Shown piece after piece: positions 9,164 to 19,690 of a stretch of 64,000 nt of DNA (its first letter is position 1; each line of letters opens with the position of its first letter). This stretch comes from an uncultured Chloroflexia bacterium (GTDB lineage: Bacteria > Chloroflexota > Dehalococcoidia > Dehalococcoidales > UBA2162). A program made the position numbers and the translations under genes. The DNA lies in assembly GCA_963745605.1 (NCBI GenBank), contig CAVUYC010000027.1:9190-73189 (forward strand), written 5' to 3'. The notes below the pieces were generated by a model. The model saw only the letters and a list, made by a program, of their open reading frames with translations, did not search any database and had not been told where the DNA came from.

Positions 9164-9206
9164 CAAAACAACAGAAGGTGAAGCCATGATGGCTTCACCT
9201 TCTGTT
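9164..9206 (-). terminator. Rho-independent terminator after selenoprotein paralog 1
   Basis: Perfect 16-17-bp palindrome AACAGAAGGTGAAGCCAT/ATGGCTTCACCTTCTGTT (9170-9206), followed on the minus strand by GTTTTG. Confidence 0.65.
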
Positions 9207-9242
9207 CTCACACTGGTTGCAGACGCCGGAACCTACACCCGA

Positions 9243-11013
9243 CTAACGCCAGGCGTCGATGCTGAAGCCGACGCCTTTGCCGCCTCCCAGTCGGTCGCAG
9301 GCAGTCTCCTGCCCGTCGCAGACGATGACATTGTAATCCTGATTCGGATCGTCGCCGCCGGCCGGAACCATGTAGTCGTCAGGCAGTTCTTTCCAGTACT
9401 TTCCCGATCTCTTCTCTTTTCCCGTCCAGCCGTTGGTCAGGATGTCGGACCTGCCCCTCATGCGAAACTCGCTCAGCGGCTCGAAGCTCTTCTTCCACAA
9501 ATACTCGTACACCGCTTCTTTGGTCTTGAAGCCATAGTCATAGAGGTCTTGTGCCATCTGCGGAGGCAGCAGAAGCGTGAAACCGCCGTCTCGGCACGCC
9601 CACATGTCCTTGGTCAGGTAGTCCAGGTAATTGTGAGGACCAGGAATGCCCTTCACCCCGAGGAACCTGGCAATAGCGCCGTGACCGGTCCTCTGCAGAG
9701 AGCGGTATACGCCGGGCATATGCTCCTGCCCCAGACCCCAGTGGCTCGGCATGAAGGTCATCAGAACGCTCTCGTCCTTCTTGAAACCAAGCTCTTCGTT
9801 GAGTCCTTTCCAGCCTGGCGGAAGCCCTTCTGGGTACTCGGCCAGCATAAACCCGCCGTTAGTGATCGGGTTGCCGTAGCTCATACCGACTCCGATGCCC
9901 GTCACGGTCTCCTTGTACCCACCAAGGTTGCGGTTCATCAGGCTGCCAAGCCGTCCCAGATTCTTGTTCGCCGGATTTCCAGGCCCCAGCCTGCCATAGC
10001 TCACGTTCATTCCTATTTCTTTGTAGATAGGTCCACTCACGAGGAAAGCCCCTCCCCATCCACGTCCATCCCCGGTGCCTCCGCCGGACTCAGCCATCGC
10101 CAGAGCTACGGGCAACTGCTCGGGTTTGCACCCTGCCATCACCGCGTTTATAGCCACCTGCTCCACAGTCGCCGTTCGAAACGTCGGCATGAACTGGACC
10201 ACATCGCCCTTCTTCCGGGTGAAGGCATCGGCGATGTTGCCGACTCCTCGCATCTTGATGTCTCGTTGCAGGGTGATCACTTCGTCAGGCTTGTGGCTCG
10301 TCCCTTTCAGCATCGCGGCAACGCGTTCTTCGGTCGGGATGACGATGGGCATGCCATCGGTGTAAACGGCGTAAGGCACGTTGAGGATTCCGGGGATATT
10401 CTCCGTCTGCTGGTAGAACTCCTCAGCCTCTGGCAGGGTGCCTTCGAAGAGAATCCTCGGCTGTTTCGGAGCCCATGTGCCTCCCTGCTTCTCGTCATCA
10501 GTCAGGGGCCGCGTCAGCGCGTCAAGCAAAGGTTGCATCACCAGATTGGCTTCTTCCACCCCGCCAAGGGACTTCCGATCTGCCTCGATAAACCTCAGTT
10601 TGGGGACGCCGTAGACGGTCGAATCGTGCTTGATCTTCTCCGTCTCTTCCGTGTAGCTCAAGAGTACCGTGGGGATTCCACTCTGCTCGAGGTCGGCCAG
10701 ATAAGGCAACTGCCTATTAACTGCGCCGTGTCACCAGCAAATCCCCGAGGATCACCGCGTCGGTCGTCTTCCTCTCCTCGTCGGACAGTTCAAAGGGGGT
10801 GATGAAGTAGGTCTTTTTGATCGTCCAGTTGACGTTGGGATAGTCGCTCTTGAGCCTCTTCTCAAGGGGATGCCAGATATCCTGTTCTCCGCAAATGCTG
10901 AGATGGATGGTCTTTCCATCGAGCTTCTCAAGGCGGGGTGCGAGAGCGTGGAGATCGACCGGGGGCTGATTTCCTACCGGGTTAAGACACTTATATACCC
11001 TGTCTGCTGGCAC
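9243..11013 (-). pseudogene. GrdB-like Sec-module protein, paralog 1: in-frame TGA (10731-10733) plus one frame disruption in a C4/G4 run (10743-10746) as sequenced
   Basis: ORFs 10717..11013 and 9243..10709 join into ...TTDAVILG-ICW-U-HGAVNRQLPYLADLEQSGIPTVLL... if one G of GGGG is skipped and TGA is read as Sec. The result is colinear with paralogs at 47620 and 51316. GTG start at 11013 with AGGAGG 7 nt upstream. Confidence 0.6.
10694..10728 (-). other. Candidate SECIS stem-loop of paralog 1
   Basis: Begins 5 nt after UGA: CGGC(G)CAG-UUA-AU-AGGC-[AGUU]-GCCU-(U)-AU-CUGGCCG. Extended helix with a bulged U and GU in the apical loop. Confidence 0.45.
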
Positions 11014-11328
11014 TGCAATCCTCCTGTTATGTCATCTAGCTGGACACGCATTCAAATTCACGACGCCACGTTCAACTTCGCCACAAGCACGGCGTAATGC
11101 GTTTCCGTCCGCCAATGTATTATGTTGAGCACACGAGTGTCAAGGAATCCGGCCATTTCGGTCCGCCCTCAACCTGCAGACCGTTCCCGGAAGTACTTGA
11201 AACCTCCCAGCACGCGGGCTATGTCTACCTCGTCTTCTCGTTCGAACAGCGGGTCTTTGCAGCCCTGACGAGTGGCAAATGCAACGTCGGGGTTAGCAAG
11301 GGCGTTAGATTTGAACCTGGATGCTCCG

Positions 11329-11976
11329 CTAGAGGAGGTCGAGCAAACCTTCGGGTTCAGAGATGAAGCTCTTTGCACCGGCGGCTTCGAGTTCTTCACG
11401 GCCCCGGTATCCCCAGAGAGCCGCGACCGGGTACATCCCGGCCGACGTTGCCGTCCTCATGTCCACACCCGAATCTCCGAGATACAGAAAAGCCGATGGG
11501 TCGAGCCCCATTCTCTGGGCTATCGCGATCGCACCTACAGGGCTTGGCTTGACCGGGACCGCAGGCTGAGCACCAACAACCTCTTCAAAATGCCATTGAT
11601 TCAGGAGTTTCTTCACAGTGGCATCGGTAAAAGACTGTGACTTGTTGGAAAACACCGCCAGGAGTGTCTGGCGGCGGGCGAGGTTCGTCAATAACTGCGG
11701 CACGCCCGGGAATGGACGGGTACACAGGTCCCACCGGCTTGAGTACTCTTCGTGAAACCTGGCAACCAGCCGGTTCACCGCATCGACGCCCCTGTGGTCT
11801 GGCGGCAAGGCCCGCCTGGCCAGCATATCTTCGCCGTCTCCCACAAAAAGCTTGTAGGACTGCGTTGGATGGGTGGGAAAGCTTAGCGACCTCAAAGCCT
11901 GATTTGCAGACTGAGCGATGTCCTCGATTGTATCGAGAAGGGTCCCGTCGAGGTCGAACATCACAGCGCGGAACAC
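11329..11976 (-). CDS. HAD-superfamily hydrolase (phosphoglycolate phosphatase-like)
   Basis: MFRAVMFDLDGTLLDT (DxDGT motif I), SNK (motif II-like), YLGDSGVD (motif III). Confidence 0.85.
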   Translation of the reverse strand: MFRAVMFDLDGTLLDTIEDIAQSANQALRSLSFPTHPTQSYKLFVGDGEDMLARRALPPDHRGVDAVNRLVARFHEEYSSRWDLCTRPFPGVPQLLTNLARRQTLLAVFSNKSQSFTDATVKKLLNQWHFEEVVGAQPAVPVKPSPVGAIAIAQRMGLDPSAFLYLGDSGVDMRTATSAGMYPVAALWGYRGREELEAAGAKSFISEPEGLLDLL

Positions 11977-12160
11977 AGACGTATGCTAACACAACCCGCT
12001 CTTCATCATCGCATCCTGCCCGCAGCAGGCCTTGGGCCAACGCCAGTCCCCTTTTCCCTTGATCCTCATGTAGACGAAGCTCTTGGTCATTGGTTAGAAT
12101 AGGCGAACTTCTTCGAGTTGTTGGTCCTCCAAATCCAGCATCAATGTTAGGAGGCTGTGT

Positions 12161-12973
12161 ATGAAACCGAACCGATTACGGCAACTTCTCCGCGAGGGCA
12201 AACCAACCCTGGGAATGCACATGATCATTCCGTGGCCAGGGATTGTGGAAATCGTTGGCCAGACCGGTGCATTCGACTACATCGAGTACGTCGGCGAGTA
12301 CTCCACCTTCACGACTGAGCAACTTGACGGCGTCGCGCGGGCACTTGAGCTCTTCCCGAACATGTCCGGGATGATGAAGGTGGAAGAGCAGACACGGGGT
12401 TTCATCGCACAGAGGGCACTCGATTCCGGAATCCAGAACGTGCTGTTCACAGACTGTCGCTCTGCTGAGGACGTGAGAGAGTGCATCAAATTGGTACGGT
12501 CAGAGACTCCACAAGCGCGTGGCATCCATGGCTACGGGATGAGAAGGACGATGGTGTACGGCTCGGCCGGCGCTAGCTATGGCTTCGGAAGTCCGTTGGA
12601 AGAGTGGACCAAAGCGATGAGCGATGCCGTCATCGCCATCATGATCGAAAAGAAAGGCGCCATTGAGAACCTTGACGAGATCTTGTCCGTTCCTGGGGTG
12701 GACATGGTCCAGTTCGGTCCTGCCGACTACTCGATCAGCATAGGCATGCCCGGCCAATCACGGAGTCCCGAGGTCCAGGGCGCCCACCAGAGGATGATCG
12801 AAACGGCTCTGAAGAAAGGCGTCTCACCGCGAGTAGAGGTCGGAAGTTTCGAGCAGGTCAAGCCCTATCTCGAAATGGGCGTCCGCCATTTCTGCATCGG
12901 CTGGGACACTCTGGTCATATCACAGTGGTGCCGTTCGCAGTCGGAAGGAATCAAGGGGCTGAAGATCGTATGA
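12161..12973 (+). CDS. HpcH/HpaI-family aldolase (2-keto-3-deoxy-acid aldolase)
   Basis: 270 aa. N-terminus NRLRQLLREGKPTLGMHM, then DYIEYVGEY, GVDMVQFGPADYS, typical of this family. Confidence 0.8.
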   Translation: MKPNRLRQLLREGKPTLGMHMIIPWPGIVEIVGQTGAFDYIEYVGEYSTFTTEQLDGVARALELFPNMSGMMKVEEQTRGFIAQRALDSGIQNVLFTDCRSAEDVRECIKLVRSETPQARGIHGYGMRRTMVYGSAGASYGFGSPLEEWTKAMSDAVIAIMIEKKGAIENLDEILSVPGVDMVQFGPADYSISIGMPGQSRSPEVQGAHQRMIETALKKGVSPRVEVGSFEQVKPYLEMGVRHFCIGWDTLVISQWCRSQSEGIKGLKIV

Positions 12974-13981
12974 CCAGGCCACGAGTTTTCGTCTGCCGCG
13001 CCATAGCCTCGGTGGCACTCCAGGCCTTAGAACGGGCAGCTGACGTTGAGGTCTGGTCACATGAATTGCCGCCTCCTCGAGAGGTCATCGCCACCAAAGC
13101 GACCGATTCAGACGGACTGCTCACCCTGCTTACTGACAGAATAGACGAAGGGATTGTTTCGCAGGCGCCTCACCTCAAAGTAGTGAGCAACATGGCGGTG
13201 GGACACGACAACATAGACGTCGCGGCATGTACCAGGCACGGAGTACTTGTCGGCATCACACCCGGAGTCCTTACAGAAACGAGCGCCGATTTCGCCTTTG
13301 CCCTTTTGCTGTCGGCGGCCCGACGCGTCGTCGAAGCTGATAAGTACACGAGGCAGGGTCGTTGGAAGACCTGGAGTCCTATGGTCCTGCTCGGACAAGA
13401 TGTCCATGACGCGACCATCGGGATCATAGGTATGGGCCGAATCGGGACCGAGGTAGCGCGGCGGGCCAGGGGCTTCGGCATGAAGATTCTCTACAGCAAT
13501 CGAAGCCGGCGACCAGGGGTAGAGAAGGAACTGGGAGCCGAGCACGTGGCTCTGAACGACCTCCTGAAGCGTTCCGACTTTGTTACGTTGCACGCTCCAC
13601 TGACCTCGGAAACCCGGCACCTGATAGGCGCGGCACAGTTTTCCTTGATGAAACCATCAGCCATATTCGTCAACACTTCGCGAGGCGGCCTGGTTGATCA
13701 GCAGTCTCTTTATGATGCGCTGGCCGCGCGACAAGATCTTTGCCGCAGCCATGGACGTGACGGAGACCGAGCCGATATCGCCCGAAGACCCCCTCTTGGG
13801 ACTCGACAACCTTGTGATAGCGCCGCACATCGCTTCAGCCAGCGTGCCCACCAGGCGCAAGATGGCCATGATGGCTGCTGAGAACCTGCTTGCGGGACTG
13901 AGGGGTGAATTACCACCTGATTGCGTGAACCCCGAGGCCCTCTCTCATCCCAAAAAGCAAACCATGGCCAAACGGGAATAG
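12970..13981 (+). pseudogene. D-isomer-specific 2-hydroxyacid dehydrogenase (glyoxylate/hydroxypyruvate reductase-like), frame-disrupted near 13723-13732 as sequenced
   Basis: ATGA start/stop overlap with the aldolase gene. NAD-binding motif GIIGMGRIGTEVARRA. The conserved C-terminus ([37 protein letters not shown]) is in the next frame (ORF 13694..13981). The junction lies in GCCGCGCGAC. Confidence 0.75.
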
Positions 13982-14232
13982 GTACCCGCTGCGAACAACT
14001 TGACCTCGCGGATTTGTCGCCGCTCGCAGCCGTTCGACCGCCTGCCATCGAAAATTTGGCTCTCCAGCTTGCCGAGGCACATCAACTTCGGCCAGTAGCC
14101 GAGGCAAAGTCTCGAGGAACTCTAGTTGCCTGAAGGACAATTATAGTACCTCACCTGACATCACGATGGTCAGGAACGTTATGGTACTTATCGGGGATTC
14201 CGCAGAACAGCGATCTGGGCGATAATGGATGC

Positions 14233-14406
14233 ATGAGGCGAATCGTCGGAATAGTGGTTGCCTTGGTTGGGCTAGTCATTGTCGGGATGGTAGCCCTTAA
14301 GGCCTTCGATGGGACACTCACGTCAGACCTCTCCCCCTCCATCCTCCGCGCCTCGCTGGGTACGCTGCTGCTGGCATTCGGAGCCTGGTTCTTCTTCAAC
14401 AAGTAG
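14233..14406 (+). CDS. Small 2-TM membrane protein (57 aa), hypothetical
   Basis: Own translation: MRRIVGIVVALVGLVIVGMVALKAFDGTLTSDLSPSILRASLGTLLLAFGAWFFFNK. It is followed by a strong terminator and is below the ORF-track length cutoff. Confidence 0.35.
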   Translation: MRRIVGIVVALVGLVIVGMVALKAFDGTLTSDLSPSILRASLGTLLLAFGAWFFFNK

Positions 14407-14512
14407 AATTCCATAGTTCTAAAGCAGGGATCGGATTTCTTAATAACACCTTAACAATCTCAGCCTATTGTATAGATAAGCTTTCTTTTCAATCCTAATC
14501 CTCCCCCCTTTG

Positions 14513-14550
14513 AAACAGAGCCCGGGAGCGCAGCCCGGGCTCTGTTTTTT
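14513..14550. terminator. Bidirectional rho-independent terminator between convergent genes
   Basis: AAACAGAGCCCGGG-AGCGCAG-CCCGGGCTCTGTTT followed by TTT. A-rich on the other side. Confidence 0.75.
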
Positions 14551-14617
14551 GTCATGTGAGTGCGCTGGTTTGAAGTGGGTCCACTTTGAAGAGGTCGAGA
14601 ACCCGCAAGGGCGTCGT

Positions 14618-15850
14618 TCAGGCGGAGTCAGTCCTGAACCGAAATACGGCGAGGACGGCAAATACCAAAGCGAAGCCAGTGATGACGAGAATGTTGACAA
14701 TGACGTCGCCACCCGTAGCGCCAAACAGCATTAGTTTGTCGAATCCATCGTTGGCCCAGCCGTGGGGGGTCAGCCTGCCCAGGAACTGCATCCAGGGCGG
14801 AACAATGAACAGCGGCCACCAGCTTCCGCCGAGGGGTGCCAGAACCAGAGAGCAGAGTACCCCCAGAGCGCTGGCTCCCCGCTCGGACTTAGCAACGGTT
14901 GCCAGCAACAACGAAAAGGCCGCGGACATGATAACAAAGACGAGCGACAGCCCAATAACGGAGACGGGCGACACCCCGATATCGATACGGAACACGGTCA
15001 ATCCGACGATCCAGAAGATGGCCATCTGAACAAGTCCACGAAAGATGCCACCCAGGAAAAAGCCACCAAGAATTGCCTCTCGCTTTACTGAACCAGCCAG
15101 AAGTCTCTCAAGGGTATGGTTCTGCCGAGCCTGAATAATCGATATTGAACCGACTGCGGCGGCAAAAAAGACAAACATGACCAGAAATCCCGGGACGACG
15201 TAAGAGGATGACTTCAACGGCTTCACGTCCCCCCTGCTGTCGGTCACATACGAGAGCAGCGGCTTGCCTGACGTCGTTGTTCCTGGTCCGTCGATGACGG
15301 AAGCTACCGCTCGCTGAATTTCCTCCTGGCTCTTCCCCTGTTGCACCAGGAGCTGTTGAATCGCTCTGATCTCGACCGAAGTCCGCCCTATATCCGAGCT
15401 GATAGCGCTGGCGAGGCCCTGGAGGGCCATGCGCTTGTCGATGGCACCGGATTGCGTGATAACCTCGAGGCTAGCCTGGCGACCGGACATCACGTTGTTA
15501 GTGAAATCCGAGTGAAACAGCAGGAGTCCATCGAGCTTGTTAGACTGCACCAAGGCTACTGACTGAGAGTAGTCCTTGTCCCAGATAATGAGGGGATCTC
15601 CGGGCTTGAGTTTGGACTCATCTGAGGACGCCAGCGACTGAATAAGCGAAAGGCTAATGCCAGTCTGCTCTTGAGTGGCCAGGTGAAGCTCGAGACGTTT
15701 GTCCGACGAGCCTGCGTTTCCCAGCAAGATGGTGAACATGACGATAAAGAGAAAAGGAAAGAGAATGAACATGCCGAAGGCAAGGCGGTCAGTAATGAAC
15801 CCCTTGACCTCGTTAAGTGCGATGTAGTAGGCGTGTCTAATGCTGCGCAC
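14618..15850 (-). CDS. ABC-2 type transporter permease
   Basis: 410 aa. One N-terminal TM, a large extracytoplasmic loop, then 5 C-terminal TMs. Operon with the next permease and ATPase. Confidence 0.85.
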   Translation of the reverse strand: MRSIRHAYYIALNEVKGFITDRLAFGMFILFPFLFIVMFTILLGNAGSSDKRLELHLATQEQTGISLSLIQSLASSDESKLKPGDPLIIWDKDYSQSVALVQSNKLDGLLLFHSDFTNNVMSGRQASLEVITQSGAIDKRMALQGLASAISSDIGRTSVEIRAIQQLLVQQGKSQEEIQRAVASVIDGPGTTTSGKPLLSYVTDSRGDVKPLKSSSYVVPGFLVMFVFFAAAVGSISIIQARQNHTLERLLAGSVKREAILGGFFLGGIFRGLVQMAIFWIVGLTVFRIDIGVSPVSVIGLSLVFVIMSAAFSLLLATVAKSERGASALGVLCSLVLAPLGGSWWPLFIVPPWMQFLGRLTPHGWANDGFDKLMLFGATGGDVIVNILVITGFALVFAVLAVFRFRTDSA

Positions 15851-15855
15851 TGATT

Positions 15856-17037
15856 CTACTTCCCGGCCTGATTCGATTTGAACAGAATTCCGGCGATGAT
15901 GAGGCCAGCCACCATGACCCCAACCATGAGTAGGATGTCTGAACTGACGGCCGCCAGAGATTCGCCACGCGTGATGACGGCTCCAAAGGCACGGTTGGCG
16001 TAGGTATTGATCGAGAACCGGCTGAGTGTCCCCAACAGCGTGCCCTCGTTAACCGGGACGAACGTCCCCGACAGCATCACCATCAACATCGTGAAGAAGA
16101 CCGAGATCCAGGTGGCCTGCCCCTGGGTCCGGGAGAGTGAACCGATGGTTAGTCCGATGGCGCTGCAGGCCCCGGCGAAAACCAGCCCCAGAAGGAGGGC
16201 AGCCATGAAAGATAGGGGCGTGAAGAGTCGGAAGACAATATAGGCGAGAGAGAGAAGCACAGCTATCTGGAGGAGGCCCCGGGCAACGTAGGCGAGGAAC
16301 TTGCCAAAGAAGAGCTCTCTTGTCTTCAGCCGTGTAGTCAGGAGTCTGTCAAGGGTGCCCTTCCTTCGCTCATCGACGAGCGCCTGAGCCGTGAGATTCA
16401 CTGCGAAAAGGACGTACATCGTCATGATTCCCGGCAGGAACTGATTGATGGGGTCGTCCTGCTTCCCGATCTTGGTGTCGATTATCGCCACGGAGGGAGA
16501 GCTGACTTCGCTGGTATATAGCCTCTGAACGACTATCTCCGTCTGCTGGGGGGGCGTTCCGGCCAAAGAGGCGGAGGCCTTCAGTTCCGAAAGGATTTGG
16601 GCCTGCTGCACAATAGCTTGTGCAGCTCCCTGTACAAGAGAGCCCACAATCTGACCCTCGGTGCCTCCATTGCCTCTCTCCCTGAATGTGATTTGGGTCT
16701 GTTCGCCCGCGGCCAGCTTCGCCGAAAAGTCCGGCGGAATGACCACAGCCATGAGAATGGCAGAGCGGGACAGTCTAGAATCTGCGTCGGCGCTTCCGAC
16801 CAGACGCACATGCAAGCCCTTATATGATCGAAGAGTGTCAATGAGTGAGGAGGAGAACTTCCCGCCTGTATCCTGGTTGACGATGTAGGCAGTCCCGTTG
16901 AACTGAAGCTGTCCACTAAAGGCACCGTAGATCAAGGCAAAGGTCACAACCGGCAAAAGGATGCTGAAAGACAGATCACCCTTATCCTGCAGGAAATCGC
17001 GGACCTCGCGGAGCATGATGAAGAAGGCTTTCTTCAC
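15856..17037 (-). CDS. ABC-2 type transporter permease
   Basis: 393 aa with the same architecture as 14618..15850. 5-bp gap downstream and 1-bp gap to the ATPase gene. Confidence 0.85.
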   Translation of the reverse strand: MKKAFFIMLREVRDFLQDKGDLSFSILLPVVTFALIYGAFSGQLQFNGTAYIVNQDTGGKFSSSLIDTLRSYKGLHVRLVGSADADSRLSRSAILMAVVIPPDFSAKLAAGEQTQITFRERGNGGTEGQIVGSLVQGAAQAIVQQAQILSELKASASLAGTPPQQTEIVVQRLYTSEVSSPSVAIIDTKIGKQDDPINQFLPGIMTMYVLFAVNLTAQALVDERRKGTLDRLLTTRLKTRELFFGKFLAYVARGLLQIAVLLSLAYIVFRLFTPLSFMAALLLGLVFAGACSAIGLTIGSLSRTQGQATWISVFFTMLMVMLSGTFVPVNEGTLLGTLSRFSINTYANRAFGAVITRGESLAAVSSDILLMVGVMVAGLIIAGILFKSNQAGK

Positions 17038-17038
17038 T

Positions 17039-17791
17039 TCAGTCCCTGAGGCTACGTCCGGTCATTTTGAGAAAGACTTCTTCGAGGGTCACGTGATCCG
17101 GGTCGCCCAGTTTCGCCTTGAGCGCATGAGGGGTGTCCAGGGCGATGATCTTGCCGCCGTCCATAATGGCTACACGGCTGCACAAACGATCGGCCTCTTC
17201 CATGTAGTGGGTCGTATAGAGGATAGTGGTGCCCTTGTCTCTGAGGCCAAATATGACCTCGAAGATGTTATTGCGCGACTGGGGGTCTATACCGACCGTA
17301 GGCTCGTCAAGGAAGAGAAGCTTGGGATGGCCCATCAAGGCAATAGCAAGGTTTACGCGGCGTTTCATGCCGCCGGAGAACTTATCGACCTTTCCCTTCT
17401 TCGCCCTTTCGGTGAGGCCCATCAACTCAAGATTGGCGTCCGCCTGTTCACGGGCTTCGCTCGTACCCAGACCAACCATGCGACCGAAGAACATGAGGTT
17501 GTCGTAGGCACTCATATCCGGATAGAGAGCAAGCTCCTGGGGACACATGCCGATAAGAGCCCGGGCTTCGTTAGGTTCATTACGGAGGTTGTACCCCCCG
17601 ATAGTCACTTCTCCGCTATCTCCACGGATGATCGTGGAAAGGATGCGGATAGTTGTAGTCTTGCCCGCGCCGTTGGGCCCCAAAAGCCCGAAGATCTCCC
17701 CCTTCCTGATGGAGAACGAGACGCCGTCCACGGCATGATTGCCATTGAATGACTTGTGCAGATCCTTCGCGATCAAGAAATCTTGGTTCAT
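17039..17791 (-). CDS. ABC transporter ATP-binding protein
   Basis: Walker A GPNGAGKTT, signature FSGGMKRR, Walker B LLFLDEPT. I prefer the ATG at 17791 (AGGAGA 5 nt upstream) to the longer ORF-track start. Confidence 0.9.
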   Translation of the reverse strand: MNQDFLIAKDLHKSFNGNHAVDGVSFSIRKGEIFGLLGPNGAGKTTTIRILSTIIRGDSGEVTIGGYNLRNEPNEARALIGMCPQELALYPDMSAYDNLMFFGRMVGLGTSEAREQADANLELMGLTERAKKGKVDKFSGGMKRRVNLAIALMGHPKLLFLDEPTVGIDPQSRNNIFEVIFGLRDKGTTILYTTHYMEEADRLCSRVAIMDGGKIIALDTPHALKAKLGDPDHVTLEEVFLKMTGRSLRD

Positions 17792-18106
17792 CGAGTCTCC
17801 TGAAAGGCCATGGCGAGCACTCATGGCATGATCGTCAATGTTAAATCGAATGCGGTTGGAAAGCAAGCACACTTGCTCAGCAGCGGTATCAGGTTAGTCG
17901 GGCAACGCAACAGCCTCTGAGACCACGTGCTTTTGAAAACGGGACGACACAAAAGACCATGGCCAGAGCATTTAAGGGATCGGCAGCCGAAAGGGCAATT
18001 CTGACAACGCGTACAGTCTGCGGCCCATTCATCTCGAAGACAGCAAAACGCCCGCTTGGACCGAGACTACGGAGAAGCTCTAGATTGGAGGAAAGGCCCC
18101 CGGCGA

Positions 18107-18373
18107 CTAATGAGTCAGAGCCGGCATCGGCGCTGACGCCTGTGCAGGAGCGATGGGGCACACAACCATTCTGATGATCCCGTCCATCTCCTCTAGTTCC
18201 CGCCTCAACATTGCCTCGGGGTCAACCAGAGGATGTGCCTGGACCATCACCACTATGTCATACGGTCCCGCCACGCGCTCTGCACATTCGACCCACTCGT
18301 ACTTCTGCAACTCAATGGCGATTTCCCGTGATCGGCCCACCGCTGTCTCAATGAACACATACGCCCTTTTCAT
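18107..18373 (-). CDS. Lrp/AsnC ligand-binding (RAM) domain protein, stand-alone
   Basis: 88 aa. MKRAYVFIETAVGRSREIAIELQKYEWVECAERVAGPYDIVVMV matches the pattern of small AsnC-type RAM domain proteins. Confidence 0.7.
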   Translation of the reverse strand: MKRAYVFIETAVGRSREIAIELQKYEWVECAERVAGPYDIVVMVQAHPLVDPEAMLRRELEEMDGIIRMVVCPIAPAQASAPMPALTH

Positions 18374-18732
18374 ACCGCCTCCCTACGGTTCGCCTGTTGC
18401 AGCATCCGGGTCTCTGATGCCAACCCCTACCAGGGGCCTAATGTCGATTCCTCGGGACGAGAAGGATCACCAGGACGCCACGCCACACAACCTCACTACC
18501 GACTCGCTTACCAGTGTACATCCACAACAATGAAGAAGTCATAACGTGGCAAGGAAAAATATCACAAATTCGTTACATCGGCACCTGCAGTGACAGAATT
18601 AAGGTTACTGCGAGCCTATGTTATGTCACACTTTTGTAACAGCCTCAGCGCCCAGATGTGTCCTGTTTGACACTGTTTTGCTGAGACAAATACACTTGAA
18701 ACAATTGGACAACGGCGAATGCAGGAAAGGAC

Positions 18733-19155
18733 ATGAGCGAGAGCTACGAGAATCCGGGTCGGATCACCATCCTGTTGCATAGCGGATCTTATGATAAAGT
18801 CACGAACGCCATGTCCCTCGCCATCGTCGGCCTGTCGATGGGCATGGAAGTATACGTCATGCTGACGTACGAAGCGTTGCGTCGTTTCGCAAGAGGTTGC
18901 CTGGAAAGCCGATCGGAGACCGATCCGGAACTCATGGATATGATGCAACACGGGGTTGACTCAGGCAAATTTCATTCCATTGAAGAGAAGCTCGATGCCG
19001 CAAAGGATCTGGGGCTTAAGATCTTTGCCTGCACTACCGCAATGTCAACCATCGGCCTGGCGAAGGACGACCTGGTCGCACAAGTCGACGGAATAATGGG
19101 CCTGACGACGTTCGTCAGCCTGGCTAAGGACGCTTCGATCAACTGGTACATCTAA
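18733..19155 (+). CDS. DsrE/DsrF-like sulfur-relay family protein
   Basis: 140 aa. ITILLHSGSYDKV...MEVYVMLTYEAL...KIFACTTAM...TFVSLA layout typical of the DsrE/F fold. Confidence 0.7.
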   Translation: MSESYENPGRITILLHSGSYDKVTNAMSLAIVGLSMGMEVYVMLTYEALRRFARGCLESRSETDPELMDMMQHGVDSGKFHSIEEKLDAAKDLGLKIFACTTAMSTIGLAKDDLVAQVDGIMGLTTFVSLAKDASINWYI

Positions 19156-19315
19156 GGCTGGCGAGCTGAGGCACATTGACGCCCCATTCTGCTCAGCATA
19201 GTCCTGCAGGTGCTGAAATCGAAAACTCGAAAGACGCCGAAATCGGGCAAAATGAAAGGCCGGGCAGACCTGCCGACTGGGCAGTTCTCTCCGGCCTAAC
19301 GTTAGCGACGAGTAA

Positions 19316-19690
19316 TCAGTACTTTCTAACGGGATTTGTTTTGCGGTAACAGTCCGAGCAGTACACCGGTCGGTCGCTGCGAGGCTGGAAGGGGACCTGG
19401 GTGTCTTTGCCACAGGTGGCGCATTTCGCGGGGAACATTTGCCTTGGTGCGGACCTGTAGTTCGAGTTGCCGTACCCGCCACTGCTGCCTCCGCCGTAGC
19501 TGCCAGTGCCGCCACCTTCCCTCTTGGTATTGCTCGCCTCTATCTTGGCCTTCCTTGCCGCTCTGCACGTAGGACAACGTCCCGGAACATTGGTGTAGCC
19601 CTTGGCGGCAAATTCTTCCTGTTCCTTCGGGCTAAAAATAAAGGTGTTGCTGCAATCGGAACACGTCAGCGATTTGGGTTGATACTCCAT
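19316..19690 (-). CDS. Zinc-ribbon protein with two CxxC...CxxC units and a Gly-rich linker
   Basis: LTCSDCSNTFIFSPKEQEEFAAKGYTNVPGRCPTCR and AKCATCGKDTQVPFQPRSDRPVYCSDCY. ATG at 19690 is preceded by AGGAGG. Confidence 0.7.
   Translation of the reverse strand: MEYQPKSLTCSDCSNTFIFSPKEQEEFAAKGYTNVPGRCPTCRAARKAKIEASNTKREGGGTGSYGGGSSGGYGNSNYRSAPRQMFPAKCATCGKDTQVPFQPRSDRPVYCSDCYRKTNPVRKY

Noticed and set aside
7948-10802. Long plus-strand ORFs 7948..9189 (413 aa) and 9057..10802 (581 aa)
   Set aside because: They lie antisense to the clearly conserved M42 peptidase and selenoprotein paralog 1. Their translations are Arg/Pro/His-rich and low in complexity, as expected for shadow ORFs. The same applies to 27610..28419, 27731..28516, 32623..33549, 41549..42190, 50375..51001 and similar entries.
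14151-14414. Minus-strand 87-aa ORF
   Set aside because: The sequence is Ser/Thr/Pro-rich and low in complexity. The opposite strand encodes a clean 57-aa two-helix membrane peptide followed by a terminator. Even that call has low confidence.
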